A stretch of DNA of 64,000 bases from Leptospiraceae bacterium (lineage in GTDB: Bacteria > Spirochaetota > Leptospiria > Leptospirales > Leptospiraceae). Below are positions 49,501-59,434 of this stretch, one piece after another. The translations under genes and the position numbers were made by a program. The stretch spans positions 4,523-68,522 of the forward strand of contig CANGZW010000008.1 in assembly GCA_947458405.1 (NCBI GenBank), written 5' to 3'. Position 1 is the first letter of the stretch. Every line of letters begins with the position of its first letter. The notes below the pieces were generated by a model. It saw only the letters and a program-made list of their open reading frames with translations, made no database searches and had not been told where the DNA came from.

Positions 49501-50394
49501 TTATCGAACTCCCATACTTTTTAGTGCCTTGATTCTTTCTTCGAGGGGAGGGTGTGTAGAAAATAAAGACATGAATCCTCCATGAGAAGAAATTTTTAAA
49601 GAGTTCAAAGCTGCACCCCTGTTATCGACGGGTCCATCCGAATATCTTCGTAACCTTTCGAGAGCGGCTATCATATTTTGTCTTCCAGCATATTTAGCTC
49701 CCCCTTCATCTGCGCGAAATTCTCGCATTCTTGAAAAATAAGCTACTACCATAGAGCCCAAGATACTAAATATAATTTCAAAAACAAAGCTAACTATATA
49801 TTGCACCAAAAAGTTAGGAGATGAATCCTCGTCATCACCCCTTGACATTAATAACCCAGCCCCGTATCCTATGATTCTGGCTATGAACATACCGAAAGCA
49901 TTCACAACTCCTTGGATTAAGGTCAAAGTCACCATATCTCCATTGGCAACGTGAGCAATTTCATGCCCGAGGACTGCTTCGACTTCATTATCACTCATTT
50001 GATTCAAAAGACCCGTGGAAACAGCAACCAAAGCACTTGAACTGCTCGGTCCTGTGGCAAATGCATTCACTTCAGGACTTTCATAGATCCCAACTTCTGG
50101 CATAGGAATTCCAGCACTTTTAGACAATCTGGAAACAGTTTGGTAAAGAGCAGAATATTGCCCGTTAGGCTTTACATCCTGAACACCCATGGACATTTTA
50201 GCCATAGTTTTTGATAAAAAGAGGGAGATAAATGAACCAGCCATCCCCCACACCAAACAAAATCCTGCTAGGGATGTGTAATCCAATCCTGCCCGTGTTA
50301 TATAATGATCAAATCCCAAAACTCTTACAATAACTGAGATTGTAATCATGATTAGAATGTTCGTTATAAAGAAAAAACCAATTCTTTTAAACAT
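49501..50394 (-). CDS. htpX: Zinc metalloprotease HtpX (M48 family)
   Basis: HEIAHVANGD zinc motif, N-terminal TM helices and a C-terminal STHPPLEERI. Confidence 0.9.
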   Translation of the reverse strand: MFKRIGFFFITNILIMITISVIVRVLGFDHYITRAGLDYTSLAGFCLVWGMAGSFISLFLSKTMAKMSMGVQDVKPNGQYSALYQTVSRLSKSAGIPMPEVGIYESPEVNAFATGPSSSSALVAVSTGLLNQMSDNEVEAVLGHEIAHVANGDMVTLTLIQGVVNAFGMFIARIIGYGAGLLMSRGDDEDSSPNFLVQYIVSFVFEIIFSILGSMVVAYFSRMREFRADEGGAKYAGRQNMIAALERLRRYSDGPVDNRGAALNSLKISSHGGFMSLFSTHPPLEERIKALKSMGVR

Positions 50395-50503
50395 AGTTTG
50401 TGCTCCGAAATTATTAATTTATATTAAGTATTTTTTTTGCTAACATCCAAACATATTTTAATTATTAGACAGTAAAGGGAATCATAGAATTTAAAAAATT
50501 TTC

Positions 50504-52102
50504 TTATTCTTTTTCTATTATTATGGCTTCTTTATTATCAATATATACATAGCCTCTTTTTTTGGAACTCGAATCTAAAAAATTTCCAATGTACTGTTTT
50601 CCTTCCCGACCTATCATGCTATATACATCTCCCTCTAATTTTGCAACATAATAAATTATTTTACCAATAAAGGAAAACTTTAGACTACTCACAATATCAT
50701 AAGGACCAAACTTAATCTTATCTTTAAAGATATAAAACTTTTTATCAATTTCTGCTTCATATGTGATATGTTTACCATCACTCGAATATTGAAGTTTATA
50801 TATCATATCATATGGTCCTGTTTTTTCAATACCATGTACTACAAATTCTTTTCCGCCAATCCCCGCTCGAAATAGTGGAGTTTTTCCATCCGGTGAAATA
50901 GTTAAATCCTTGGCATAGCCATAGGGTCCAAATTTTTCATTTGCTAAATATACAAAAGCTGATCCATTTTCTTCTGCTTCAAAAGAGAGAGAATTATTTT
51001 CTCCAACAAGTTTAATAGAGTTTTGTACTACAAAGTCAAATGGACCCATTTTTTCTGAGTCTTTATATACATAGTATTTATTTTTTTCCAATACACAAAA
51101 TGCTACATGATTTAAATCATTACTAGTAATTAAATCCCCCCACATTGTATCATAAGGACCTAATTTTTTTTTATTATGAAAAATAAACCAATCCCCATTT
51201 ATTTCTGCCTGATAGGAAATATTTTTTCCATGGTTCTGTAATATATGATGACCGATACTTAAATAAGAGCCAACTTTTTCTGCTCCCAAGTGCAAGGTTT
51301 CTTCATTGTTATCTTTTGTTACAAAACTAAATACCTTAGAATCATCGCTAAATCTAAAATCTTCCGACTTTGAATCTTCATATGGCCCAAACTTATCATT
51401 TTCTGTGACTACAAAATTTTTAACTCCCTCTTTGGCTTGAAATGCAAATCTTTTTTGATCGGGAGAAACTAATAAACCATGAATAGAATCAAAGGGACCG
51501 AGTTTTTTATTTCTAGTAACAAAATATTTCTTTCCTTTTTCATCAGCTATAAATGCAGGATTTCCACCATAGAGTAATACAAAATCTGTAGTACTCTCAT
51601 AAGGACCCAAGGAATCATTGCCAAAATGAACAAATTGTTTTCCCTCTTTTTCTTCTTTGAAAGCAATTTCTTTACCACCGGAGATAAAAATTAATTCTGT
51701 AATATTTTCAAATGGACCTATTTTTTCATTTCCAACTATAACTCCAGTTTGTCTCCCGAGTCTTCCAGTGAATGCAAAATATTTACCATCCGGAGAGTAT
51801 TTTGGAAATCCAACTTCATGAAATGGGCCTACATAATTTCCACCCGTACTTACAAAATATGCTTTAATAACTGTTTCTGGAGTTTGTTTTGTTCGCATGG
51901 AAATATATGAAATTTCTTCCCCATTCGAAAAAATTTTTAATATTTTTTCATCCTCTTGAAGATTTAAAAGTATTTTTTTTTCATTTAAAATTATAGGTTT
52001 TCCATATATAAGAAAGATAAATAATGGAAGAATTAATAATATTTTTAAGTGATTTAATGTTAATTTATTTTTATATTTTTTTATCAAATTATTAAAATCC
52101 AA
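50504..52102 (-). CDS. Exported protein with about 11 tandem ~38-aa PD40-like (TolB-type beta-propeller) repeats
   Basis: Has an N-terminal hydrophobic segment. The repeated unit is [LFIM]GP[YF][DE]-x9-12-S[PS]DGK-x-[FI]-x-[FY]. The TTG start is obligatory, since the next Met is near residue 69. Confidence 0.65.
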   Translation of the reverse strand: MDFNNLIKKYKNKLTLNHLKILLILPLFIFLIYGKPIILNEKKILLNLQEDEKILKIFSNGEEISYISMRTKQTPETVIKAYFVSTGGNYVGPFHEVGFPKYSPDGKYFAFTGRLGRQTGVIVGNEKIGPFENITELIFISGGKEIAFKEEKEGKQFVHFGNDSLGPYESTTDFVLLYGGNPAFIADEKGKKYFVTRNKKLGPFDSIHGLLVSPDQKRFAFQAKEGVKNFVVTENDKFGPYEDSKSEDFRFSDDSKVFSFVTKDNNEETLHLGAEKVGSYLSIGHHILQNHGKNISYQAEINGDWFIFHNKKKLGPYDTMWGDLITSNDLNHVAFCVLEKNKYYVYKDSEKMGPFDFVVQNSIKLVGENNSLSFEAEENGSAFVYLANEKFGPYGYAKDLTISPDGKTPLFRAGIGGKEFVVHGIEKTGPYDMIYKLQYSSDGKHITYEAEIDKKFYIFKDKIKFGPYDIVSSLKFSFIGKIIYYVAKLEGDVYSMIGREGKQYIGNFLDSSSKKRGYVYIDNKEAIIIEKE

Positions 52103-52122
52103 AAATCTGAATTAACTTAAAT

Positions 52123-52503
52123 TTATTTTTTCTTTTCTAGGAGCTTTTCATTTTGATCTATTAAATTTTGAATGTAATCGGATAGAAATTGATGAACTTC
52201 TAAGGCGATTGGATCGGTGTAATAAGAACCCTCACTCTCCCCATCTTCTGAACCTTCATCCCTAACATATACTTTTGATTTATAAGATTTAACAAAAGTT
52301 TTAAAATGTGGCTCATTAACTAATTCATTTTCATTTTTAAAAATAAAGTCATCAAAATAAGGAATCTCACTCTCATAGATACTTAGAGGAATTTCATCTT
52401 CCCCATCTAACTCAGAGTCCATAATAGCCCCATCAAAATTTGTTTTGATATTCATCAATAAGGTATTTTCATTTAAGATAGTTTCATCGTCTTTATTTAT
52501 CAT
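52123..52503 (-). CDS. Hypothetical acidic protein
   Basis: 126-aa D/E-rich ORF, 20 nt upstream of the PD40-like gene on the same strand. Confidence 0.5.
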   Translation of the reverse strand: MINKDDETILNENTLLMNIKTNFDGAIMDSELDGEDEIPLSIYESEIPYFDDFIFKNENELVNEPHFKTFVKSYKSKVYVRDEGSEDGESEGSYYTDPIALEVHQFLSDYIQNLIDQNEKLLEKKK

Positions 52504-52621
52504 TCCAGCCTCAAAAATTGGACATAATTTTAATACTTATACATTTTTTTTCTATAATCCTAAATTTTCAATCCTAAAATAATACTTTGCATTTTGACTT
52601 CCCTCATAAAATATATCAACT

Positions 52622-54334
52622 ATGGTAGCTACCCAGACATCGATCCTTTTTAAAACTCCCGAAGGAGATTTTCATTTAACCGAACAAGGAGAATTTTTAT
52701 CCTATTTTGATGCCCATTTGCACTTATTTGAAATATTTTTACATAATAAAAAACTTTCTAAAGAAGAGGAGAGCTTTGCTTTAGAAGGAATCAACACTTA
52801 TATGTCTAAAAGTGTATCAAAAATTGATCATTTTTTTGAAAAAATGAGTGAATTTGCAGATTATTTGAAAACTGACTCCAAAACCCTCACAGATTATTTG
52901 ACTTCTCATTTTATGGATGTTCTTGCGGAAAGTCAAAAAAAAATTACCAATCTGGAATTAGATAGATTAGAAGGTCCGGATAGTTTTAAGTCTATAACAG
53001 AAGAAATCCTATTTAAAGTGGGAAGCATTTTACCAAAGTCTTCCCAGTTTAGTGTAATAGATGATTTACTTGTGATACAAAATAAATCTAGTGGACTAAT
53101 TATAAAACCCGTTGGTATGTTAGTTGAGGTTAAAGAAGTTCAGGAGAAAGCTCAAAAAGAAAAAGAAGAAGCTGAGAGATTACAAAAAGAAAAACTTGCC
53201 CAAAATGAAAAAAAACCAAAACCAGAAACACCTTCAACAGGAAAAGAGATTGTAAATACTGTAACATCTCTTCCGTTGGAATTCGAAGTTTCTATTCTTA
53301 AAGAAATTTTAGAAACAATTCCCCCCAAACTGACTGGAAAAAAATTAGATTTAAAAAGTGATGCTGAACCGGAAGATAATACTAAATCAGAAAGCCATAT
53401 AGATGAACATTCAAATATAGAAGTTCCTGAGATCATCGAAGAAATTCCAGAAGATGTTAACGAAGATTCTCAGGATACTTATGATTCAAGCCCCGAACAA
53501 GACTTCTCTCTTGATAATAATTTAGATTTTGAAGTAGAATCAGATTCAGAAGAAGGTATCACGCAAGGAACAGAAGAAGATTTTGAGTTTGAAACTCCCT
53601 CAGTCGAAGAAGACGAATTTTCTTCAGAGCCAAGTTCTGAAATAGAAACAATTGAAGAAATACCTGAACTTGAAACTCAGGATTTTGATGAAGAAATCAT
53701 TCAGGATATCGATCTCAGTGATGAAGAAATTGCTCCCATAAAAATAGAAAAAGAAGAAACCCAGCCTGAACCCAAAAGAATTCAGCCCAAGCCGGTTGAA
53801 AATGCACATCCAAAAATCAATTCAAATGCATTTCTGAATTTCAATTATATAAATTATTTACAAATAACAAGATCAATAGATAAATTAAAATCGGATAAAA
53901 ATGAATACAATGAATGGATATCTAAAGCTAGTGTACTAATCAAAACATTTCTATCAATCCAAACCAATATCTCTAAAGAATCCAGAGGAGAAATTTTAGA
54001 GTGGGAAAATTACTATGAAAATGTTTCCCAAAAGTCAGGAGTAGATTTAGATATATTAGAAAAATTCAAGACTAGAATTGAGATATTAAACCTAACCAAA
54101 AAGTTTTTAGACATTAGCGTAACAGAACTTAAAAAACAACCCGAAAACGTTCAAAAAATTCTTAAAACTGGATGGCCACATATCGTGGATACATTTGGGG
54201 AATCACCTGATTTTGATATGGTATTAGAAAAATTGGAAATTGTTCTTTCAAAAATAAAAGATGAAAGCATTCGATCTCCTATAGAAAAGATATTAAATTT
54301 AGCTATTAAGAATTTAAGACAGAGATCTAATTAA
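52622..54334 (+). CDS. Hypothetical protein with long acidic low-complexity centre
   Basis: 570 aa. A ~190-aa N-terminal domain is followed by a KE-rich helix, then ~180 aa of D/E/S-rich sequence and a ~170-aa C-terminal domain. No motif recognised. Confidence 0.6.
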   Translation: MVATQTSILFKTPEGDFHLTEQGEFLSYFDAHLHLFEIFLHNKKLSKEEESFALEGINTYMSKSVSKIDHFFEKMSEFADYLKTDSKTLTDYLTSHFMDVLAESQKKITNLELDRLEGPDSFKSITEEILFKVGSILPKSSQFSVIDDLLVIQNKSSGLIIKPVGMLVEVKEVQEKAQKEKEEAERLQKEKLAQNEKKPKPETPSTGKEIVNTVTSLPLEFEVSILKEILETIPPKLTGKKLDLKSDAEPEDNTKSESHIDEHSNIEVPEIIEEIPEDVNEDSQDTYDSSPEQDFSLDNNLDFEVESDSEEGITQGTEEDFEFETPSVEEDEFSSEPSSEIETIEEIPELETQDFDEEIIQDIDLSDEEIAPIKIEKEETQPEPKRIQPKPVENAHPKINSNAFLNFNYINYLQITRSIDKLKSDKNEYNEWISKASVLIKTFLSIQTNISKESRGEILEWENYYENVSQKSGVDLDILEKFKTRIEILNLTKKFLDISVTELKKQPENVQKILKTGWPHIVDTFGESPDFDMVLEKLEIVLSKIKDESIRSPIEKILNLAIKNLRQRSN

Positions 54335-54395
54335 ATATAAAATTACTTGTCAACAATCGCTATCCTAATTAATTAGCAATCGAAAGGTAGTAATT

Positions 54396-55313
54396 ATGTT
54401 ACATGTAGAAAATTTAACCAAGAAATTTGACGATAAAGTAGCAGTTAACAATATTTCCTTCCAGGTAAAACCAGGGGTCATAACAGGGCTCTTGGGACCA
54501 AATGGTGCGGGTAAGACAACTACTATGCGGCTTCTCTCCGGTTTTCTGTCCCCCAATTCAGGATCAATCAAATTTGGGGATTTGACTTTGGAAAATGATA
54601 TTGAGAAAATCCAATCCAAATTAGGATACTTACCGGAAACAGCTCCCCTTTATATGGATATGTTAGTATATGAGTATTTAGAATATATAGGAACCATCCG
54701 AAAAATTAAGGCTTTAGAGCTTAAACAGAAGATGGATAAAATGATAGAGCTTTGTGAACTCTCAACCCATTTGAAAATACCTATTTCTAATTTATCTAAA
54801 GGATTTAAACAAAGGGTATCACTTGCGGGAACACTCATTCATGATCCTGAAATTATTATTTTAGATGAACCCACTTCAGGACTAGATCCAAATCAAATAT
54901 CCCACATTAGAAGCTTAATTAAAAGTCTAGGAAAAAATAGAATTCTTATTTTATCCACTCATATCCTACAAGAAGTTGAGGATATTTGTGATGAGGTCAT
55001 AATTATTAATAGTGGAAATATTGTAGCAAATTCTACTGTAAAAGGATTGCACAAAGGTAAATCAGTTTATATTTCCATAAAAGGGGATGAAAAAGTATTA
55101 CAAAAGATAATCAAAGATAAATTTTTAGAATATGAAAAATTTGATGAAAAGTTAGATAATGATTTCTCCTCCTATATTATTTCTTTGGGAGAGAGTAGAG
55201 TAGAGGATGTTTATACTGTACTTAAAAAAAGTAATCTAGAGGTGAGAGAAATTAAAGAGTACAGCAAATCGCTTGAGACAATATTTGAAGAACTCACAAG
55301 AGGACAAGCATGA
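54396..55313 (+). CDS. ABC transporter ATP-binding protein (GldA-like, ABC-2 type)
   Basis: Walker A GPNGAGKTT, signature LSKGFKQRVSLA and Walker [12 protein letters not shown]. Confidence 0.85.
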   Translation: MLHVENLTKKFDDKVAVNNISFQVKPGVITGLLGPNGAGKTTTMRLLSGFLSPNSGSIKFGDLTLENDIEKIQSKLGYLPETAPLYMDMLVYEYLEYIGTIRKIKALELKQKMDKMIELCELSTHLKIPISNLSKGFKQRVSLAGTLIHDPEIIILDEPTSGLDPNQISHIRSLIKSLGKNRILILSTHILQEVEDICDEVIIINSGNIVANSTVKGLHKGKSVYISIKGDEKVLQKIIKDKFLEYEKFDEKLDNDFSSYIISLGESRVEDVYTVLKKSNLEVREIKEYSKSLETIFEELTRGQA

Positions 55314-56035
55314 AAAACATTCAAACAATTTTTAAGAAAGAAGCATACACATACTTTAATACACCCATTGGATATATCTTTGCCTCCTTTTTTTTAGTAT
55401 TGATTTCCTTTTTATTTTTTTATGGTTTGGGAGGAAATTCTTTTTGGGATTTAAAAGTATCTTCCATGGAACAATACTTTTTATGGATTCCTATGTTGTT
55501 TATTATTTTTATTCCAGCAATTACAATGAGACTCTGGGCAGAAGAAGAAAAGTCAGGAACGATAGAGGTATTACTAACTCTTCCCATAAAAGATTATGAA
55601 GTTGTAATCGGAAAATTTCTTTCTGCATGGTTTTTTTTAATTTTTGTAATACTATGTAGTATTTTAGTACCAATCACAATCTTAGTTTTAGGGACATTAG
55701 ATTTTGGTCTAGTATTCTGTGGATATATTGGTTCGTTTTTTCTAGGGGGAGCTTATATCTCTATGGGACTTGTAATCTCCTCTTTGACCAAAGATCAAAT
55801 TAGTGCATTTATGCTGACACTTTTAGCCTGCCTACTCACTTTTCTTATGGGATACCAACCAATCTTACAATTTTTTGGTAATACAATTAGTGGGGGAATT
55901 GCTTTTTTTTCCCTCTCGCAACATTTTGAATCATTCCGAATGGGAGTTTTTGATCCCAGGGATTTTTATTTTTATATGAGTTTTATACTATTTATGATTT
56001 CGTTAAATGTTTTTATATTGAGGGGAAAAAAATGA
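55310..56035 (+). CDS. ABC-2 type permease (GldF-like)
   Basis: 241 aa with 6 predicted TM segments. ATGA overlap with the ATPase gene. Confidence 0.75.
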   Translation: MKNIQTIFKKEAYTYFNTPIGYIFASFFLVLISFLFFYGLGGNSFWDLKVSSMEQYFLWIPMLFIIFIPAITMRLWAEEEKSGTIEVLLTLPIKDYEVVIGKFLSAWFFLIFVILCSILVPITILVLGTLDFGLVFCGYIGSFFLGGAYISMGLVISSLTKDQISAFMLTLLACLLTFLMGYQPILQFFGNTISGGIAFFSLSQHFESFRMGVFDPRDFYFYMSFILFMISLNVFILRGKK

Positions 56036-57711
56036 GTTCGTTTTTTAATAAATTAAATCAAAATCGACCCTATCTTGTTATTCAATTTTTTTTATTGTTC
56101 ATACTCAGTAATTATTTTTTGAGTGACTTTAATTGTAGGAAAGACTTATCCAAAGAAAATAGATTCAATCTCACTGAAAGCACAGAAAAAATTATAAATA
56201 ATCTCTCAGAAAAATTGATAATTGATGCATTCTATTCCGGAGATGTTCCGGGTATGCACAAGGCCCGACTTACACTTACAAGAGAGATACTCAAAGAAAT
56301 AGCCGGTGTAAATCGAAAAAAAGTTGAGTTAAGATTTCATGATCCAGATTCAGGGGAATCGGAAAGAAAAAAAGCGAATGAAGCTGGAATACGATCATAT
56401 CCACTAGAAAAGGTCGAAAGGGGATCTGCGGAAGTAAAACAGGCTTATTTTGGTATTCGTATTACTCTTGGTAATCAAACAGAAGTGATACCTGTTGCAT
56501 ACTCTGCTGAAAATATCGAATACCAACTCTTAAATCTCCTAAAAAAAATGACCCGAAAAGGAAAACAATCTAACTTAGGGATTGTTAAAGTTGAAGGAGC
56601 ATTTCACTATCCAGAACCCGGTCAATCATCATCCAAAGATACATTTGGTGTATTTATACATAAAGTTTACTCTCCTGAATATGGAGAACCAGCGGAAATC
56701 AATATAAATCAAGAAGAGGTTACCTCCGAGATTAGTACATTACTTTTAGTGGGAGCCCCAAAATTAACCGAAGAGGGTATGTATCACTTAGATCAGTATC
56801 TAATGAAGGGTGGAAATTTGATATATTTAGCAGAGACTATGAAATTCTCTTTACCGGGTGGAGGGAGATCAATGCCCGGAATGGGTATGAGTGATGGTTT
56901 TGCTACTGCGATTGAGTCAGCAAAAAATATGCGGGAATTTACATCTAATTATGGTTTTGAAGTTAAAAGTGAGATGATATTAGAACCGGATAGCTCTTTA
57001 GTCACAGATTCATTTGTTCAACTTGAGGAGGGTATGATCATTCCCTACCATTATCCTCTATGGCCTGTAGTAACAAAAGAGTCCAAAGGACTTTCTAAAG
57101 AAAGTGAACTAACAAAAACATCATCAGGAATTGTACTACCCTGGACAAGTGGTATCACACTAAAACCAGAAAATCAACCCAATGCTTCAATACTATCCGT
57201 CATTGAATCTACTAAGGATGCAGATATTAGAAGTGACTATCTTCCCATTGCAGAAAATCAAATTTCAGCCCAACCAATAAATCCCGGTGGAGTAAAAATT
57301 CCTATGGGAGTATTTATCAGTGGAAGGCTAAAAAGTAAATATACAAAAGAAAATCTTCCCTCTGAATTTAAAATAGAAAATTTTATTCCAGAGACTCCTG
57401 AAAACAAAACTTCTAAAATATTTGTAATAGGAACACCATATCTTATTTCCGATATTTTCTTTACTAAAGAACAATACGTGGATGTATTCAGAAAGACTAA
57501 TTTACCATTCTTTTTAAATCTTTTAGATATTTTCTCAGGTGATACAGATTTGATAGCCACAAGAACTAAACAATCTTACGTTCAAAATTTAAAATCTATC
57601 GGGAAATTAGAGCAAATGGTCTTTAGTATTATGAATCTATTTCTAATTCCAATTGGAATATCAATCTATGCATTTTTAAGAATTAAATCCAGAAACTTGG
57701 GCAGGGGTTAA
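56032..57711 (+). CDS. GldG-like ABC transporter auxiliary component
   Basis: 559 aa with an N-terminal and a C-terminal TM flanking a large soluble region. Size and position after the GldA/F-like genes fit GldG. ATGA overlap. Confidence 0.65.
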   Translation: MSSFFNKLNQNRPYLVIQFFLLFILSNYFLSDFNCRKDLSKENRFNLTESTEKIINNLSEKLIIDAFYSGDVPGMHKARLTLTREILKEIAGVNRKKVELRFHDPDSGESERKKANEAGIRSYPLEKVERGSAEVKQAYFGIRITLGNQTEVIPVAYSAENIEYQLLNLLKKMTRKGKQSNLGIVKVEGAFHYPEPGQSSSKDTFGVFIHKVYSPEYGEPAEININQEEVTSEISTLLLVGAPKLTEEGMYHLDQYLMKGGNLIYLAETMKFSLPGGGRSMPGMGMSDGFATAIESAKNMREFTSNYGFEVKSEMILEPDSSLVTDSFVQLEEGMIIPYHYPLWPVVTKESKGLSKESELTKTSSGIVLPWTSGITLKPENQPNASILSVIESTKDADIRSDYLPIAENQISAQPINPGGVKIPMGVFISGRLKSKYTKENLPSEFKIENFIPETPENKTSKIFVIGTPYLISDIFFTKEQYVDVFRKTNLPFFLNLLDIFSGDTDLIATRTKQSYVQNLKSIGKLEQMVFSIMNLFLIPIGISIYAFLRIKSRNLGRG

Positions 57712-57712
57712 T

Positions 57713-58678
57713 ATGCTTACACTACTCAATAAATTTAAAAATAATTTATCCATATCATTAACAATAATTAATTTAATATTATTTATTATTGTCTTTATCC
57801 AAAAAGACCCCCTATCTCTATTTATAAAAACATATGAGACTTCTGAAAAATTTTTTGATTTACAACAATCAGATATAACAAAAGTGATCTATGGACGAAA
57901 AAATGAGGAATCATCCAATAAGGAATTATTTATTGAAAATTCAAACTGGAATATAAAAACTAAGGATGGAATCTCTATTTTTGCGGACTCCGAAAAAGTG
58001 AATCAACTTCTCAAGGCACTCCTAGAAGCTAGAAAATTTACAATAGCAGCAACTGGAAATGATAAATTTGGAGACTATGGTTTAGATAATAATGATGCTA
58101 TTGAACTACAAATTTATTCAAAAGATACACTCAAAGGTAAATTGACTTTGGGTAATGCAGGAGGTGGTGGAGCATTTACGCATGTGCTATGGAATGATTC
58201 AGATAATATTTACATTGTTGAAGATAGTATTAAACCATTATTAGGAAGAGGAGCAGACGACTTTTTTTTCAATAAAAGAATATCACCCCTAAACTTATCT
58301 TCAGGTGACCTAATTTCTATTTCTCTTAAAAGTAAAGATTCTAAAAAAGATTATGACCTAGAAAAAAAAGACGATAAATGGTTAAAACTCGGAAGTAAAG
58401 AAGAAGTTCCTCTGGATTTAATTTCTCCTTTATTAAATAAAATCACTTCATTAATTGCAGATTCTATTATTACCCAAAAAGATATTCCAAAATTGGAATC
58501 TAATAATAATTATAAGTTATCATTTAATTACAAAGAACAGGGAACGGGAATAATAAAAAGTATCACACTTGAAATATTAGGTAAGGATAACTCAGACTCT
58601 TTCTATTTAAAAAAATCAAATGATAATTTAATTTATAAAATTCAGGATTATCAAATTAAAAAAATAATAGAATTTTAA
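57713..58678 (+). CDS. DUF4340-like protein (tentative)
   Basis: 321 aa with an N-terminal TM, starting 2 nt after the GldG-like gene. DUF4340 proteins typically follow GldG, so the call rests mainly on context. Confidence 0.45.
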   Translation: MLTLLNKFKNNLSISLTIINLILFIIVFIQKDPLSLFIKTYETSEKFFDLQQSDITKVIYGRKNEESSNKELFIENSNWNIKTKDGISIFADSEKVNQLLKALLEARKFTIAATGNDKFGDYGLDNNDAIELQIYSKDTLKGKLTLGNAGGGGAFTHVLWNDSDNIYIVEDSIKPLLGRGADDFFFNKRISPLNLSSGDLISISLKSKDSKKDYDLEKKDDKWLKLGSKEEVPLDLISPLLNKITSLIADSIITQKDIPKLESNNNYKLSFNYKEQGTGIIKSITLEILGKDNSDSFYLKKSNDNLIYKIQDYQIKKIIEF

Positions 58679-58920
58679 TATAAATGTAACTTAACATATA
58701 CTAATATATACTTATAAAAAAGAAAAAAAATTGAACTTGTTTATAAACCCAATTTGGATCAATCAAATAAGACATAATTATATAGAATTAGAGATTAACT
58801 TGAAAGATTATCTTTTTTTTTATTAATATAATAAATTAAAATATAAATATTATTCAGAAAGAAAATGACAAAGTAAGTCCTTCTAAAAAACTGGCATATA
58901 TCCCCATTTAGGAGTTTATA

Positions 58921-59298
58921 ATGGAAAAAACAATCGTAGATATCTTGAATGCTGGCATAGGTTTATTACATGCTGGTAAAGAAGGCTTAGATGTAGCTAG
59001 AGTAGATTTAGAGAAGGCTTATTCTGATATTTCTGCAAAAGGTGCTCAAGACAATACAGAGGCATCTGTAAAACTGAGAGAATCCGTTGATAAAATTATC
59101 GCAGACATAAAAGAATTTTCCAGTGTTGCAGGTAAAAATTATGATGAAACAAGAACTAAGATCATCGAAAACTACAATAAAATTGTAGAACAAATAAATA
59201 CTACAATGCCTGAAGGTAAAGTAGAAGAAATCAGAGCAAAGATTGATGAAATCGTAGCTTCTATTCAAAAAACTACACAAGGTGGCGGTCAGGCGTAA
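58921..59298 (+). CDS. Small helical protein (weakly phasin-like)
   Basis: 125 aa with strong RBS AGGAG 6 nt upstream. Predicted all-helical, followed by a hairpin. The family is uncertain. Confidence 0.5.
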   Translation: MEKTIVDILNAGIGLLHAGKEGLDVARVDLEKAYSDISAKGAQDNTEASVKLRESVDKIIADIKEFSSVAGKNYDETRTKIIENYNKIVEQINTTMPEGKVEEIRAKIDEIVASIQKTTQGGGQA

Positions 59299-59328
59299 AA
59301 GCCATTCCGTAAATTTAAACAAATTTAT

Positions 59329-59356
59329 CGATCATGTGCTTTTTTGCATATGATCG
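59329..59356 (+). terminator. Hairpin downstream of the 125-aa gene
   Basis: CGATCATGTGC TTTTTT GCATATGATCG forms an 11-bp stem with one G-U pair. There is no clear trailing T tract. Confidence 0.45.
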
Positions 59357-59434
59357 ACTCTTTATAATTCCTTTCTTCTCTTGAATTTTTAATCCCCTCC
59401 TGAAATATGGAACTCTGACAGTGAGAAAATCCAT

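Noticed and set aside
53300-53800. The acidic-region DNA of the 570-aa ORF, and the K/E-rich fliK body, as tandem DNA repeats or a CRISPR-like array.
   Set aside because: The repetition is compositional (GAA/GAT-rich codons). There are no exact repeat units or regular spacers. No CRISPR-like repeat-spacer pattern was seen anywhere in the window.
58892-58907. A TGGCA motif upstream of the 125-aa gene, considered as a possible sigma-54 (-24/-12) promoter.
   Set aside because: The -12 element is missing: the sequence reads TGGCATATATCCCCA, with CC/CA where TTGC is required.
59357-59434. The leader upstream of metG, considered as a T-box or other riboswitch.
   Set aside because: It is only 78 nt, has no specifier or antiterminator-like structure, and has no conserved T-box sequence.
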